From a virus (taxonomy: Duplodnaviria; Caudoviricetes), in IMG/VR virus record IMGVR_UViG_3300027286_000002: a stretch of 64,000 bases of DNA; one strand, given 5' to 3'. Positions within the stretch are counted from its first letter, which is position 1, and every line of letters begins with the position of its first letter. This document shows positions 45,840 to 55,525 of the stretch, in pieces. The position numbers were made by a program, and so were the translations under genes. The notes below the pieces were generated by a model. The model was not told the origin of the DNA. It ran no database searches and worked only from the letters and a program-made list of their open reading frames with translations.

Positions 45840-46955
45840 ATGAACACAATGAGTGATATTGAATTTAAAAGAGCAAAAGAAGGGATTTTAAAACTCATCT
45901 CTAAGATTAGCAATATGACTATAGACGATGATGCTGAGAGTTTAGACTTGGGAAAAGCAATTTCAGCTATTGAAACCAATTTACCTAAACTAAAACTCAC
46001 TTTTGAGAAAAGTTTTGAATTATCATCTATCATCAGTTCATATGAAAGAGAACTTAAAAAAAAACCAATATATTTAAAAAACGAAAAAGCTGATCTGATT
46101 ATGTTTTTGTCTTTTTTAAATAATTTTGCTAAGGAAATCGAAAAGATTAAAATCACAGACACTACCATTATTGAAAATAAGATGACTTGGGAAGATGCCT
46201 TAGATCAAGAAATCACTATTGTGATGCAAAAAGAACCTAACTTAAAGATCAAGATCATTTCGCCTGTATCTATGGAAGACCTTTTAGACTTTAAGAAAAA
46301 CATTCTTAGATCAATAGGTGCGATTAAAGCATCGCCTATTCCTAATTTTGATAAAGCATTAAAAGGTAATTTAATTTTAGGTACAGAGGCAGATATTAAA
46401 GAACAAACAGGTGTTACGACACCATATAAAGTAAGTGCTTTATATGATGAGAAAACAAACGATATTATCTATTTTATAGATATTGCACCCTTTCAACCAG
46501 AAAGAGATATTTACACTACTTTTATACATGAGTTTGCACATAGATTCCATTACAACCATATTAAAGGTGGATTTAAAAATCCTAAAATCAGAACACTATA
46601 TGTTCAAGCATTTAGATCGGAAGAACAATGTTATTTAGACCAATTACCTAAAATAGGTGATCCTCTTTCTAATTTAAGGGAAAATTGGTATACAGTTAGA
46701 AGGTCATCCGAAGAATGGATTTTATCTAAAATTAAAGATAACTCATATGCCTATAAAAACTCTAAGGGTGAACTTAAGTATTTAGATAAGAAAGACATCC
46801 TTAGAAGGATAACCTGTCCAAGTCAATATGGTGCTAAAAATGAAGGTGAATTTTTTGCTGAAATGGTAACACTTATCACTTTAGGATTAGTGAAACCATC
46901 TCAAAAATTAATAGCTGATAAGTTTATGGAAATTATTAATACAGAATTAATCTAA
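45840..46955 (+). CDS. Lethal-factor-like zincin paralog 5
   Basis: HEFAH; SQYGAKNEGEFFAEM. Confidence 0.82.
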   Translation: MNTMSDIEFKRAKEGILKLISKISNMTIDDDAESLDLGKAISAIETNLPKLKLTFEKSFELSSIISSYERELKKKPIYLKNEKADLIMFLSFLNNFAKEIEKIKITDTTIIENKMTWEDALDQEITIVMQKEPNLKIKIISPVSMEDLLDFKKNILRSIGAIKASPIPNFDKALKGNLILGTEADIKEQTGVTTPYKVSALYDEKTNDIIYFIDIAPFQPERDIYTTFIHEFAHRFHYNHIKGGFKNPKIRTLYVQAFRSEEQCYLDQLPKIGDPLSNLRENWYTVRRSSEEWILSKIKDNSYAYKNSKGELKYLDKKDILRRITCPSQYGAKNEGEFFAEMVTLITLGLVKPSQKLIADKFMEIINTELI

Positions 46956-47104
46956 GCTGGTGGCAAAGTAGCATCATGAATTTGTTTAGATAATTTCTCA
47001 AATCCTAATATATGAAAAACTTCACTTACAGGATGTCCAATTAAATTATGTAAAGACCATTGATATTTTTCAGGTAGTCTTGCGATTAGCTTTTGCATAG
47101 TCAT
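46952..47104 (-). CDS. Small hypothetical protein (50 aa, below ORF-track cutoff)
   Basis: MTMQKLIARLPEKYQWSLHNLIGHPVSEVFHILG...HDATLPPA; SD AAGGA. Confidence 0.65.
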   Translation of the reverse strand: MTMQKLIARLPEKYQWSLHNLIGHPVSEVFHILGFEKLSKQIHDATLPPA

Positions 47105-47233
47105 ATCCTTTTATATGTTCTGTGTATCATTATTATATAGTGAAAAGAGTAAAAGAATGGCAAGCTGTTTTGAATCATAATCTTTTTATATATCTTATTC
47201 CTTATAGATATAAATTTAAAAAGGATAAAGATT

Positions 47234-48625
47234 ATGAATTGGGATGATGAACAACAAGTCTTAGAACAAGCTAAAAACTCAATATATGGAATTAGAGATG
47301 CTAGTCCTAGACTTAAAAACAATTTACCTTTTCTTTTAAAAGCTGTTAAAGGAAGAATCACAAATTTTAATTATGCTTCTGAAGAACTTCAAAATAATGA
47401 AATCTTATATAACACTGTCAAAAAAACCATCTTATCCCAACCAATGGATTTAAGATATATACCTAAGAAATTTAAAGACGATAAAGAAATAATCTTAAAA
47501 GCAGTAAAAGATTATTATGGTAATTTTGAATATGCTAGTGACAGGTTAAAACAAGATGAAGATATTATCCGAACCACTTTAAAAAGCATACCATCCGACA
47601 GATTATCTTTTTCAGAAGATTTTATAAAAAGTATGGATATTCAAAATCCTTATCTCATCTTAGATACTTTTAAAGAACATACCTTTGTAATAAACTATCT
47701 CAATGAGAAATTAAAATCAGATAAAACATTCATGCTTAATGCTATTAAAATAAATCCATACTTTTTTCTGTATGCAGATGATAGTTTAAAGAACGATAGG
47801 ATGTTTATCATAGATGCTATTAATATAAATCCTGATATCAGAATTATGGATGATAAGATACCTTTAGAAATAAGACAAGATCCTGAGATTGTTAAAGATG
47901 AAAATAGACAGGTCACAAAAGTTAAGCTACGAGAACTACCAATTAATCTCTTCTTTTTCAATATCAGTAAAGAAGAGATATTGATTTTCAGAAAGAATTT
48001 AAAAGAAACTATCCAGCTGATAAAATCATCTAAAATACCAAATTTCAGTGATGTCTTAAATGGCAACATTTATATTGGTACTAGAGAAGATCTCATTCTT
48101 AATTTTGGTGGATCAGGCATAGATGAAAATGTAGGTGCTTACTATATTGAAAAAATAGGTGTCTTTTATATCCTACCAACAAAAATAGGAAGTGTTAGTA
48201 CTCTCATCCACGAACTTGCACATAAATACCATTATACTTTGATTAAGGATGGATATCGAAATTATGCAATCATGCAATTTTTCCGATTTTCCCAATATAG
48301 AGAATGTAGTTTTCCACAGGTAGGTGATCCACTTTCAGATCTAAGGGAAGATTGGTGGATTGTTAAGAAAATGGCATCTGATGAATACTATTTAAAAAGA
48401 ATACTCTCTAATAATGCCTATGAATATGAGAATAAGAACAAAGATAAAAAAGTCATACCTTATGGTAAAATGATTGAACTAATCAACTGTCCTTCTCAAT
48501 ATGGTGCTAAAAACCATAAAGAGTTTGTTGCTGAGTTGTGTACTCTTATCACTTTAAATAAAATGAAATCATCTATGCAAAAACTAGCTGATGACTTTAT
48601 CCGTATGCTTGAGGAAGAAATCTAA
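47234..48625 (+). CDS. DUF4116-repeat plus lethal-factor-like zincin, paralog 6
   Basis: DDKEIILKAVK..YASDRLKQD repeats; HELAH; SQYGAKNHKEFVAEL. Confidence 0.8.
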   Translation: MNWDDEQQVLEQAKNSIYGIRDASPRLKNNLPFLLKAVKGRITNFNYASEELQNNEILYNTVKKTILSQPMDLRYIPKKFKDDKEIILKAVKDYYGNFEYASDRLKQDEDIIRTTLKSIPSDRLSFSEDFIKSMDIQNPYLILDTFKEHTFVINYLNEKLKSDKTFMLNAIKINPYFFLYADDSLKNDRMFIIDAININPDIRIMDDKIPLEIRQDPEIVKDENRQVTKVKLRELPINLFFFNISKEEILIFRKNLKETIQLIKSSKIPNFSDVLNGNIYIGTREDLILNFGGSGIDENVGAYYIEKIGVFYILPTKIGSVSTLIHELAHKYHYTLIKDGYRNYAIMQFFRFSQYRECSFPQVGDPLSDLREDWWIVKKMASDEYYLKRILSNNAYEYENKNKDKKVIPYGKMIELINCPSQYGAKNHKEFVAELCTLITLNKMKSSMQKLADDFIRMLEEEI

Positions 48626-48689
48626 TCACTCATAATCTTTTTATATATCTTATCTTATATATATATCTACATAAGAAAGGACAAAGATT

Positions 48690-49850
48690 ATGAATTGGGA
48701 TGATAAAGAACAAGTCTTAAAGGCAGTACAAAACAATTTCAATAATTATCTATATGCAAGCAATAGATTGAAAAAAGATGATGATGTTATCGTAGCTACT
48801 TTAAAAAGCATACCCACAAGTAAAATCCCTTTCCAAACCAATTTTATAAAAAGTATGAATATCCAAAATCCATATCTCATCTTAGAAGGGTTTAAAGAAT
48901 ATTCATTAGCAATAACTCTTGTAAACCAAAAGTTAAGATCTGATGAAGCATTCATGCTCTATGCTATTAAACTAAATCCATACTTTTTTGTATATGCAGA
49001 TGAGAGTTTAAAAAACGATAGGAATTTTCTTATTAATGCTATTAATGTAAATCCTGAAATTAGAATTACATATGACATCATTCCTTTAGAATTAAGACAA
49101 GATCCTGAGATTGTTAAAGATGAAAATAGACAGATCACAAAAGTTAGACTACGAGAACTACCAATTAATCTTTTCTTTTTCAATATCAGTAAAAAAGATG
49201 TCTTAGCTTTCAGAAAAGATTTAAAAGAAACTATCCAGCTGATAAAATCATCTAGATTACCAAATTTCAATGCTGTCTTAAATGGCAACATTTATATCGG
49301 ATCACAAGAAGATCTCATTCTTAATTTTGGTGGTGGTGTATATGTGAATGAAAACACAAGTGCTTACTATACTGAAAAAGCAGGTATCTTTTATATCCTA
49401 CCAACAAGAGGAAGTCTTGTTAGCACTCTCATCCATGAGTTTAGTCATAAATACCATTACACTTTGATTAAAGAAGGATATGGAAATGATAAAGTCAAAA
49501 GATTTGCTCAATTTGCTAAATTTAGAGAATGCACTTTTCCAAAAATAGGAGATCCACTTTCTAACCTAAGAGAAGATTGGTGGCTTGTTAAAATGGCATC
49601 AGATGAATATTATTTAAAAAAGATAGATAGAAAGAAAAACTATATCTATAAAAATATTGCAGGTGATGAAAAAATCATCAGTTCGGATAAAATGAGTCAG
49701 CTGATCAACTGTCCTTCTGAATATAGTATGAAAAACCATAGAGAATTTGTTGCTGAATTATGCACTCTTATCACTTTAAATAAAGTCACACCAGCTATGC
49801 AAAGTCTTGCTGATGATTTTATCACTCTACTCGAAGAAGAAAGAATATAG
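48690..49850 (+). CDS. DUF4116-repeat plus lethal-factor-like zincin, paralog 7
   Basis: Close copy of paralog 6 with fewer repeats; HEFSH; SEYSMKNHREFVAEL. Confidence 0.8.
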   Translation: MNWDDKEQVLKAVQNNFNNYLYASNRLKKDDDVIVATLKSIPTSKIPFQTNFIKSMNIQNPYLILEGFKEYSLAITLVNQKLRSDEAFMLYAIKLNPYFFVYADESLKNDRNFLINAINVNPEIRITYDIIPLELRQDPEIVKDENRQITKVRLRELPINLFFFNISKKDVLAFRKDLKETIQLIKSSRLPNFNAVLNGNIYIGSQEDLILNFGGGVYVNENTSAYYTEKAGIFYILPTRGSLVSTLIHEFSHKYHYTLIKEGYGNDKVKRFAQFAKFRECTFPKIGDPLSNLREDWWLVKMASDEYYLKKIDRKKNYIYKNIAGDEKIISSDKMSQLINCPSEYSMKNHREFVAELCTLITLNKVTPAMQSLADDFITLLEEERI

Positions 49851-49853
49851 AAT

Positions 49854-51095
49854 ATGAAACAAGCAGGTACAAACATCAGATTAAATTTCGTACCACCGTC
49901 TTTTAGAGATGATAAAGAAATCGTACTACAAGCAGTAGGTGATTCATATGAAGAATATCTATATGTAAGTGACAGGCTAAAGCAAGACAAAGATGTTATT
50001 CGTACTACTCTAAAAAACACACCTAAATTTTATATCGTGGATGTCTTAAGATGGATGGATTACAAAACCAATCCATTATTTAAAGATGAGAAATTTCTCT
50101 TAGAATTAATAAAAGAAAATCCACATATCTTCTTTGAGATAGATTTAGCATATCGTAAAGATAAAAAGTTCATGCTTGAGGCTATTAAAATAAATCATAA
50201 TTTTTACAATTATGCAGACTATTCTTTAAAAGAACCTACATTATATGCAGATGGCAATATAAAACGATATTGGTTTATTGAAAATGCTATTGATGCTAAT
50301 CCTGCTGTGAGATATCTTGACATACCAAAAGAAGTAGCTAAAAGTCCATATCAAATTGAACCACGAGCAGGCAAAAGAGTTACTATTAAACATCCATACT
50401 TGCCTTTGCTTTTAACTTTTATTAACATTAATAAATATACTCTTTTAGAATTTAAAGAAAACTTGAAACAAGTCACTTCTTTAATCAAAAAGTCAAAAAT
50501 CCCAAAGTTTAGTAAAGTCTTAAAAGATAATATTTATATTGCGAATAAAGAAAACCTTAAAAAGTATTTTCTTTTAGAAGGTTTAGACGATACAAGTGCA
50601 TTGTACTCAAAAAACCTAGATGATATCTTTTATGTCATGCCATCTAAATCATCTTCAATCTATGATCTTGTGCATGAATTTGGACATAAATTTCAGAATA
50701 CTATGATTAAAGATGGTATGGAAAATGAAGCTATTTCTTCTTTCTTTATGAAACTGCAAAATGATACCTGCTCTATGCCAAAGCTAGGTGATCCATTATC
50801 TGATCTAAGAGAAGATTGGTGGAATGTTAAAATGAGTTCAAGTAATGAGTTTTATTTGAATGAGATAGATAGAAATAAAAACTACATTTATAAAAATGAT
50901 CAAGGTGTGGAAAAAACCATCAGTTCAGATAAAATGAAAGAACTAATGGTTTGTCCAAGTCAATATGGTGCATCTAATGTACAAGAATTTTTTGCTGAAA
51001 TGGTAGCACTTATTACTTTAGGTAAAGTGAAACCTAATCAACAATGGATTGCAGATAAACTGATTAAGATCATTAAAGATAATTTAGAAGTCTAA
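49854..51095 (+). CDS. DUF4116-repeat plus lethal-factor-like zincin, paralog 8
   Basis: DDKEIVLQAV..YVSDRLKQD; HEFGH; SQYGASNVQEFFAEM. Confidence 0.8.
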   Translation: MKQAGTNIRLNFVPPSFRDDKEIVLQAVGDSYEEYLYVSDRLKQDKDVIRTTLKNTPKFYIVDVLRWMDYKTNPLFKDEKFLLELIKENPHIFFEIDLAYRKDKKFMLEAIKINHNFYNYADYSLKEPTLYADGNIKRYWFIENAIDANPAVRYLDIPKEVAKSPYQIEPRAGKRVTIKHPYLPLLLTFININKYTLLEFKENLKQVTSLIKKSKIPKFSKVLKDNIYIANKENLKKYFLLEGLDDTSALYSKNLDDIFYVMPSKSSSIYDLVHEFGHKFQNTMIKDGMENEAISSFFMKLQNDTCSMPKLGDPLSDLREDWWNVKMSSSNEFYLNEIDRNKNYIYKNDQGVEKTISSDKMKELMVCPSQYGASNVQEFFAEMVALITLGKVKPNQQWIADKLIKIIKDNLEV

Positions 51096-51644
51096 ATAAT
51101 ATGCCACTAAAGATAATCTAACTTCTGCAGGAAAAAACACTGTGTAATCATATTTTTTCCAAAACTTTTCTGCCAAAATTTTTACTTGTTCTTCATACAT
51201 AGATGGTGGAAATTTTTTCAAAATGCCTGACTTTTCTACTTCTACCATTAACTTGTATTGAATGAGTTCTCTATCACTATTAAATGGTGGATCATCTGAT
51301 AACATATTCTCAATCACTTCTCTAATGATAGGAAAATCAAAATAGAAGTAAAATGGTTTGCTTGCATGAAAATCACTTGCAATTCTAGAAATGTGTTGAA
51401 ACCAATCTAATGGAAATTCATCACGAATATCTGTAATCTCACCATCACGGATTGCTCTATCCATCATTTTTTGATCAGATCCTAAATCTCTTGTTTTAGG
51501 ATTGTTATCTACAAGTTCTAATAACAATTCATGTACATTTGTACCTCTAGTTTGACTCAAATCCATAAAATGCTCACCTCTAAATAGAGAATGATTTTGA
51601 TACATCTTTAGTAAACTCGATCTACGACTTCTATGACTATACAT
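51084..51644 (-). CDS. Hypothetical protein
   Basis: 186-aa ORF, SD aaagga, contains RIAS. Confidence 0.65.
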   Translation of the reverse strand: MYSHRSRRSSLLKMYQNHSLFRGEHFMDLSQTRGTNVHELLLELVDNNPKTRDLGSDQKMMDRAIRDGEITDIRDEFPLDWFQHISRIASDFHASKPFYFYFDFPIIREVIENMLSDDPPFNSDRELIQYKLMVEVEKSGILKKFPPSMYEEQVKILAEKFWKKYDYTVFFPAEVRLSLVAYYLDF

Positions 51645-51708
51645 ATTGTATATCCTTTCTTTTTTCAGCTATGCCTATTAACAATAGACTTTATAAATAA
51701 AGTAAAAA

Positions 51709-51978
51709 TTAAAGTGTTTCTCTGATCTTGAGTATTTGGTTTAATGACAGTGGATTTGTCATGCTGTTTAACTCTAGATCAAATCTTACTTTTTTTGACT
51801 GCCATTCAATAATGGTAAATTGAATTTTTTCTTTTTGCACATACTCAAAGGTATATTGCTTACCATTTGTTTCAACAGTATTCCAAAAAAGATTTTCTTT
51901 AGACTTTAATCTGTGCAATGGGAAAACACCTAATACAGTACAGATCTTTTCATTTACTCTAAAAATATGTTCGTTCAT
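51709..51978 (-). CDS. Hypothetical protein
   Basis: 89-aa ORF downstream of promoter copy 3. Confidence 0.6.
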   Translation of the reverse strand: MNEHIFRVNEKICTVLGVFPLHRLKSKENLFWNTVETNGKQYTFEYVQKEKIQFTIIEWQSKKVRFDLELNSMTNPLSLNQILKIRETL

Positions 51979-52014
51979 GTCTTTTACCTTTCTTAACGAC
52001 CATTCATATATATG

Positions 52015-52043
52015 TAAACACTTAAGATAAAAGTTTATTGCAA
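52015..52043 (-). promoter_or_regulatory. Bipartite promoter-like motif (copy 3)
   Basis: Plus strand taaacactt-N11-ttattgcaa. Confidence 0.75.
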
Positions 52044-52106
52044 CCTCGACTAATTTTTATTTTATATATCCGTCTTTTTATATACATCTTAAAAAACAGG
52101 TAAAAA

Positions 52107-53786
52107 ATGACTAAGTATAGACAAGCTGAATATGAAAATTGGGATGATTATAATTTTGTTTTAAAAAGAATACAAAATGGTAATGGTAGCGAAATTGCTA
52201 AAGCAAGCAGGGATTTAAAATCCAATCCTACATTGAGAGAAATTGCTATTGAGAATGGTGCTTTAATATCAGATACTTATATGCCTACTAGTAGATACAT
52301 AAGAATTTCTGATCCAAATCTTGCTATTAAAGGTTTGAAAAATGGTGGCAGTGATCAACTTGGATATTTAGATAGTAGTCTTACTAATAATAAAGAAGTA
52401 GTTTTAGTAGCAGTAAAATTAGATCCAAATAATCTTATGTTTGCAAGTGATGAACTTAAAGATGACTATGATGTTGTTAGCCTTGCTGTTAAGATAGATG
52501 CTAACACTATTCAATTTGCTAGTGATCGTTTAAAAAATGATCTCACTATCGGAAACTACATCCTTGAAAAAAATCCACAAGTATTCGTTTCATTAATGAA
52601 TGACTTAAAGACAAATATTGATTTTGCCATTCAAAGACTTTCACAAAACCTACAAGACCTTAGATTTTTCCCAAACCTAGTAAATCACATTCAAGTTCAG
52701 AAACTTCTTAAAAATAAAAAACTAATTTTGCAATCTGCTGGCATCACACCTGATGCCAAATCAGTTTATCATATTTTCAATATGGTAAATGAAAATCATT
52801 TATCTTTCCTTGATCACATAGCAAATGATTTAAAAAACGATGAAAGTTTTATGCTTAAACTTTTAGAAGTAACACCAAAAGCATATACCATCCTTCCTGA
52901 TTCTTTAAAAAATGATCCTGTGTTTATAAATAAAGCAATGGATGTGTCTTTGATTGACACCTATTTGAACTTTGATGAAGATAAAAAGAAAGAACTTGCA
53001 GGAAAAATAACAACTTTAAGTTTGAGTACTGCACCTGCTTTAGATTTTATATTCTATGGTAGAATTACAACACCGGGTCTTATCCTTTTTAAAAAACATT
53101 TGAACTTCACAATTAAAACCATCAAAGGTTCGCCTTTAAAGAACTTCAAAAAAGTCTTTTCAGCAGGTAAAGTTATAGTTGGTCAAAAAATAGACCTTCT
53201 AGCATCTAATATTTTACCATCTGAAATTGCTAGTGAATTACAAACATTTAAAGGTATACTTGCTGGCTTTTTTGATCCACGATTTGTAAATAATGTTTAC
53301 ATCATCTTAAATGGTGAAACATATAAAAAATCCGATGCCATTAATCTTATTCATGAACTTGCACATAAATTTCAATATCACCATATAAAGAATGGTATGG
53401 AAAACAAAAGACTTAAAGATTTATTTGACCTAGCTAAAAATCCAATTGGTGATGAATATTGCGAACTGCCACAAATAGGTGATCCTTTATCTAATCTTAG
53501 AGATCCTAAACTTTGGGGCATTAATAATAGATTAGCTAATTCCGAATATTATTTAAAGAAGATTGACCAATGGAACTATATCTATGAAAATGAACAAAAA
53601 AAACAAAAAATCTTACCTAGATCTGAAATCAGAATACTTAGCAGATGTCCATCTCAATATTCTAAAATGGCTCACTATGAATGGTTTGCTGAAATGGCTA
53701 CTCTTGCTACTTTAAACCTTGCCAAGACTTCTGAAAAATTGATTGTTGAAGAATTTATTAAAATTGTTAATGAAGAATCTATTTAA
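52107..53786 (+). CDS. DUF4116-repeat plus lethal-factor-like zincin, paralog 9
   Basis: NNKEVVLVAVK..FASDELKDD repeats; HELAH; SQYSKMAHYEWFAEM. Confidence 0.8.
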   Translation: MTKYRQAEYENWDDYNFVLKRIQNGNGSEIAKASRDLKSNPTLREIAIENGALISDTYMPTSRYIRISDPNLAIKGLKNGGSDQLGYLDSSLTNNKEVVLVAVKLDPNNLMFASDELKDDYDVVSLAVKIDANTIQFASDRLKNDLTIGNYILEKNPQVFVSLMNDLKTNIDFAIQRLSQNLQDLRFFPNLVNHIQVQKLLKNKKLILQSAGITPDAKSVYHIFNMVNENHLSFLDHIANDLKNDESFMLKLLEVTPKAYTILPDSLKNDPVFINKAMDVSLIDTYLNFDEDKKKELAGKITTLSLSTAPALDFIFYGRITTPGLILFKKHLNFTIKTIKGSPLKNFKKVFSAGKVIVGQKIDLLASNILPSEIASELQTFKGILAGFFDPRFVNNVYIILNGETYKKSDAINLIHELAHKFQYHHIKNGMENKRLKDLFDLAKNPIGDEYCELPQIGDPLSNLRDPKLWGINNRLANSEYYLKKIDQWNYIYENEQKKQKILPRSEIRILSRCPSQYSKMAHYEWFAEMATLATLNLAKTSEKLIVEEFIKIVNEESI

Positions 53787-54481
53787 CCTTTTTCCATCCT
53801 AGCTTTTGCTTCTTTCATCCATTCCTCTGCATCTATCATTTTACCAAAATTCGCAAATATACTTTCTGTCATTTCAGGTCTTACTTTCGCTTCATCACAG
53901 GCTCGCCTAAATGTTTCAGCTAAAAACCCAAACAAAATCTTAAATGCTTTTGAATCCATATCTATCGTTTGGTTTGATAACATTTCTTTCTTTTTAATCC
54001 AAGCATCACCTACTGCCTTTAAAGCATTTACTCTACGAATAGATAACTGACTTGTATTCTCACCTTTTCTTTCTGCCTCTGATCTCTCAAATTTTAATGA
54101 TGCTGATTCTTCTGCCAAACCTTCAATCACTGAATTTAATACATCACCACTCTCAATATTTGTTATTACATTGCCTAATATCTTATCCTGCATTAAAGTA
54201 TTCATCTTATTTAATTGCTGATTTGCTACATTAAGCTGTGTAGATGACATTGCTATCTGTGCTTGTTGAATTGTAGGCACAGGTGTACTTGGTGTATTTG
54301 TTGGACTAGATGCAGGTTTAGTTTTACGACCCGGTTCGGTATTCATCGTAATTGGTAAACCTGTTGTTGGATGCAACATCACTTGATCTGTTGGTTTCAA
54401 TTCATCAGGTTTCCTCCATACAATCTTTCCTAAATCATCTATTACTTTTACTCTTGCTACATTGGGATCAATCACTGTCAT
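53783..54481 (-). CDS. Hypothetical protein (possible terminase small subunit)
   Basis: 232 aa with central helical hairpin region; function is weak inference only. Confidence 0.55.
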   Translation of the reverse strand: MTVIDPNVARVKVIDDLGKIVWRKPDELKPTDQVMLHPTTGLPITMNTEPGRKTKPASSPTNTPSTPVPTIQQAQIAMSSTQLNVANQQLNKMNTLMQDKILGNVITNIESGDVLNSVIEGLAEESASLKFERSEAERKGENTSQLSIRRVNALKAVGDAWIKKKEMLSNQTIDMDSKAFKILFGFLAETFRRACDEAKVRPEMTESIFANFGKMIDAEEWMKEAKARMEKG

Positions 54482-54527
54482 TTATTCATATCCTTTTTTA
54501 GATTAGATTTTTATATTAGTATTATAT

Positions 54528-55514
54528 CTAAAAAGGTGCAATAAGGTCTAATATTGTTTGCTTATTCTTTTCTAATGATCCAACCACTCGCATTGCATCT
54601 GCTTGTGGTGCATCTAAACTTGTTATTGTTAAGTTATCTACTGCCACTTCTGTTTTCACATAGACACCACCTACTAAATTATAAGTAATTGTGTTCTGTG
54701 TTAATGGATTATATACCATCTCTACTGTATTTCCTGATGGTGCTATAAATCTTACTTTTTGATCTGCTGTACGAATATCTGTAAATACATAGATAGGAAT
54801 AAACTTAATGCTTTTAATAAAATTACTAAAGTCATTTGCCACAGGTGATTCCTTTAATTCACTCATTGGCAAAATTGACTTTTCTCTCACCACTTGCTTT
54901 CTTCCTAACTTATGATCATCTGATGGATCATATAGCAAATTGTTTTCCATATCATAAATTAAGAAAGGTGGAACACCATTAAACAAATCATAGCTATATT
55001 GCAAAAACTGAACAATTAAATTATCAAACAAAGACACTGACTGCACAATCACTTGTGTATCATTATCGGGATCTATACTCGCAATCATATTAAAATCTTT
55101 GTCATTAATAAGATTACATAAGTCTTGTGCAATTTCAGCTAATGTCATCGCATCACCATCTTCACCACCTGTTCTTGCAAATGAATCACCTACTTTCATT
55201 GTAGGCTGTAATTCCATATCTGCTACATTATCACTGTAGATCTGAAATTCATCTAATCTTCTTAATGATGCAGGTGCTAAAGCATTATTCCCATATTCAT
55301 CACTATTTACTCTAATCTTTAATGCAGGTCTTGAATCATTGTAATTACCTAATTGTCCTTGACCATGATTTGTTACAATTAATTGTGTTTCAAAGCCATA
55401 TCGGATTGGTGCAGGTACTACACTTGTAATAGAATAATCTGCACTAGGTTTATGTGCGACTAACATCTTAAATGGTTCAAACAAACTTGTCTTTTTATAC
55501 ATCTGTGGTAGCAT
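54528..55514 (-). CDS. Hypothetical protein, putative structural
   Basis: 328-aa beta-rich ORF in minus-strand operon. Confidence 0.65.
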   Translation of the reverse strand: MLPQMYKKTSLFEPFKMLVAHKPSADYSITSVVPAPIRYGFETQLIVTNHGQGQLGNYNDSRPALKIRVNSDEYGNNALAPASLRRLDEFQIYSDNVADMELQPTMKVGDSFARTGGEDGDAMTLAEIAQDLCNLINDKDFNMIASIDPDNDTQVIVQSVSLFDNLIVQFLQYSYDLFNGVPPFLIYDMENNLLYDPSDDHKLGRKQVVREKSILPMSELKESPVANDFSNFIKSIKFIPIYVFTDIRTADQKVRFIAPSGNTVEMVYNPLTQNTITYNLVGGVYVKTEVAVDNLTITSLDAPQADAMRVVGSLEKNKQTILDLIAPF

Positions 55515-55525
55515 TTTTTTTCTCC

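Noticed and set aside
45764-50020. Minus-strand ORFs 45764..46168, 47101..47361, 47695..48069, 48746..48955, 48959..49291 and 49697..50020 as immunity genes
   Set aside because: They mostly overlap array genes in antisense and their similarity to each other just mirrors the paralog duplication.
40736-53786. Diversity-generating retroelement acting on the peptidase array
   Set aside because: No reverse transcriptase in the window, and differences between near-identical copies include non-adenine and synonymous changes.
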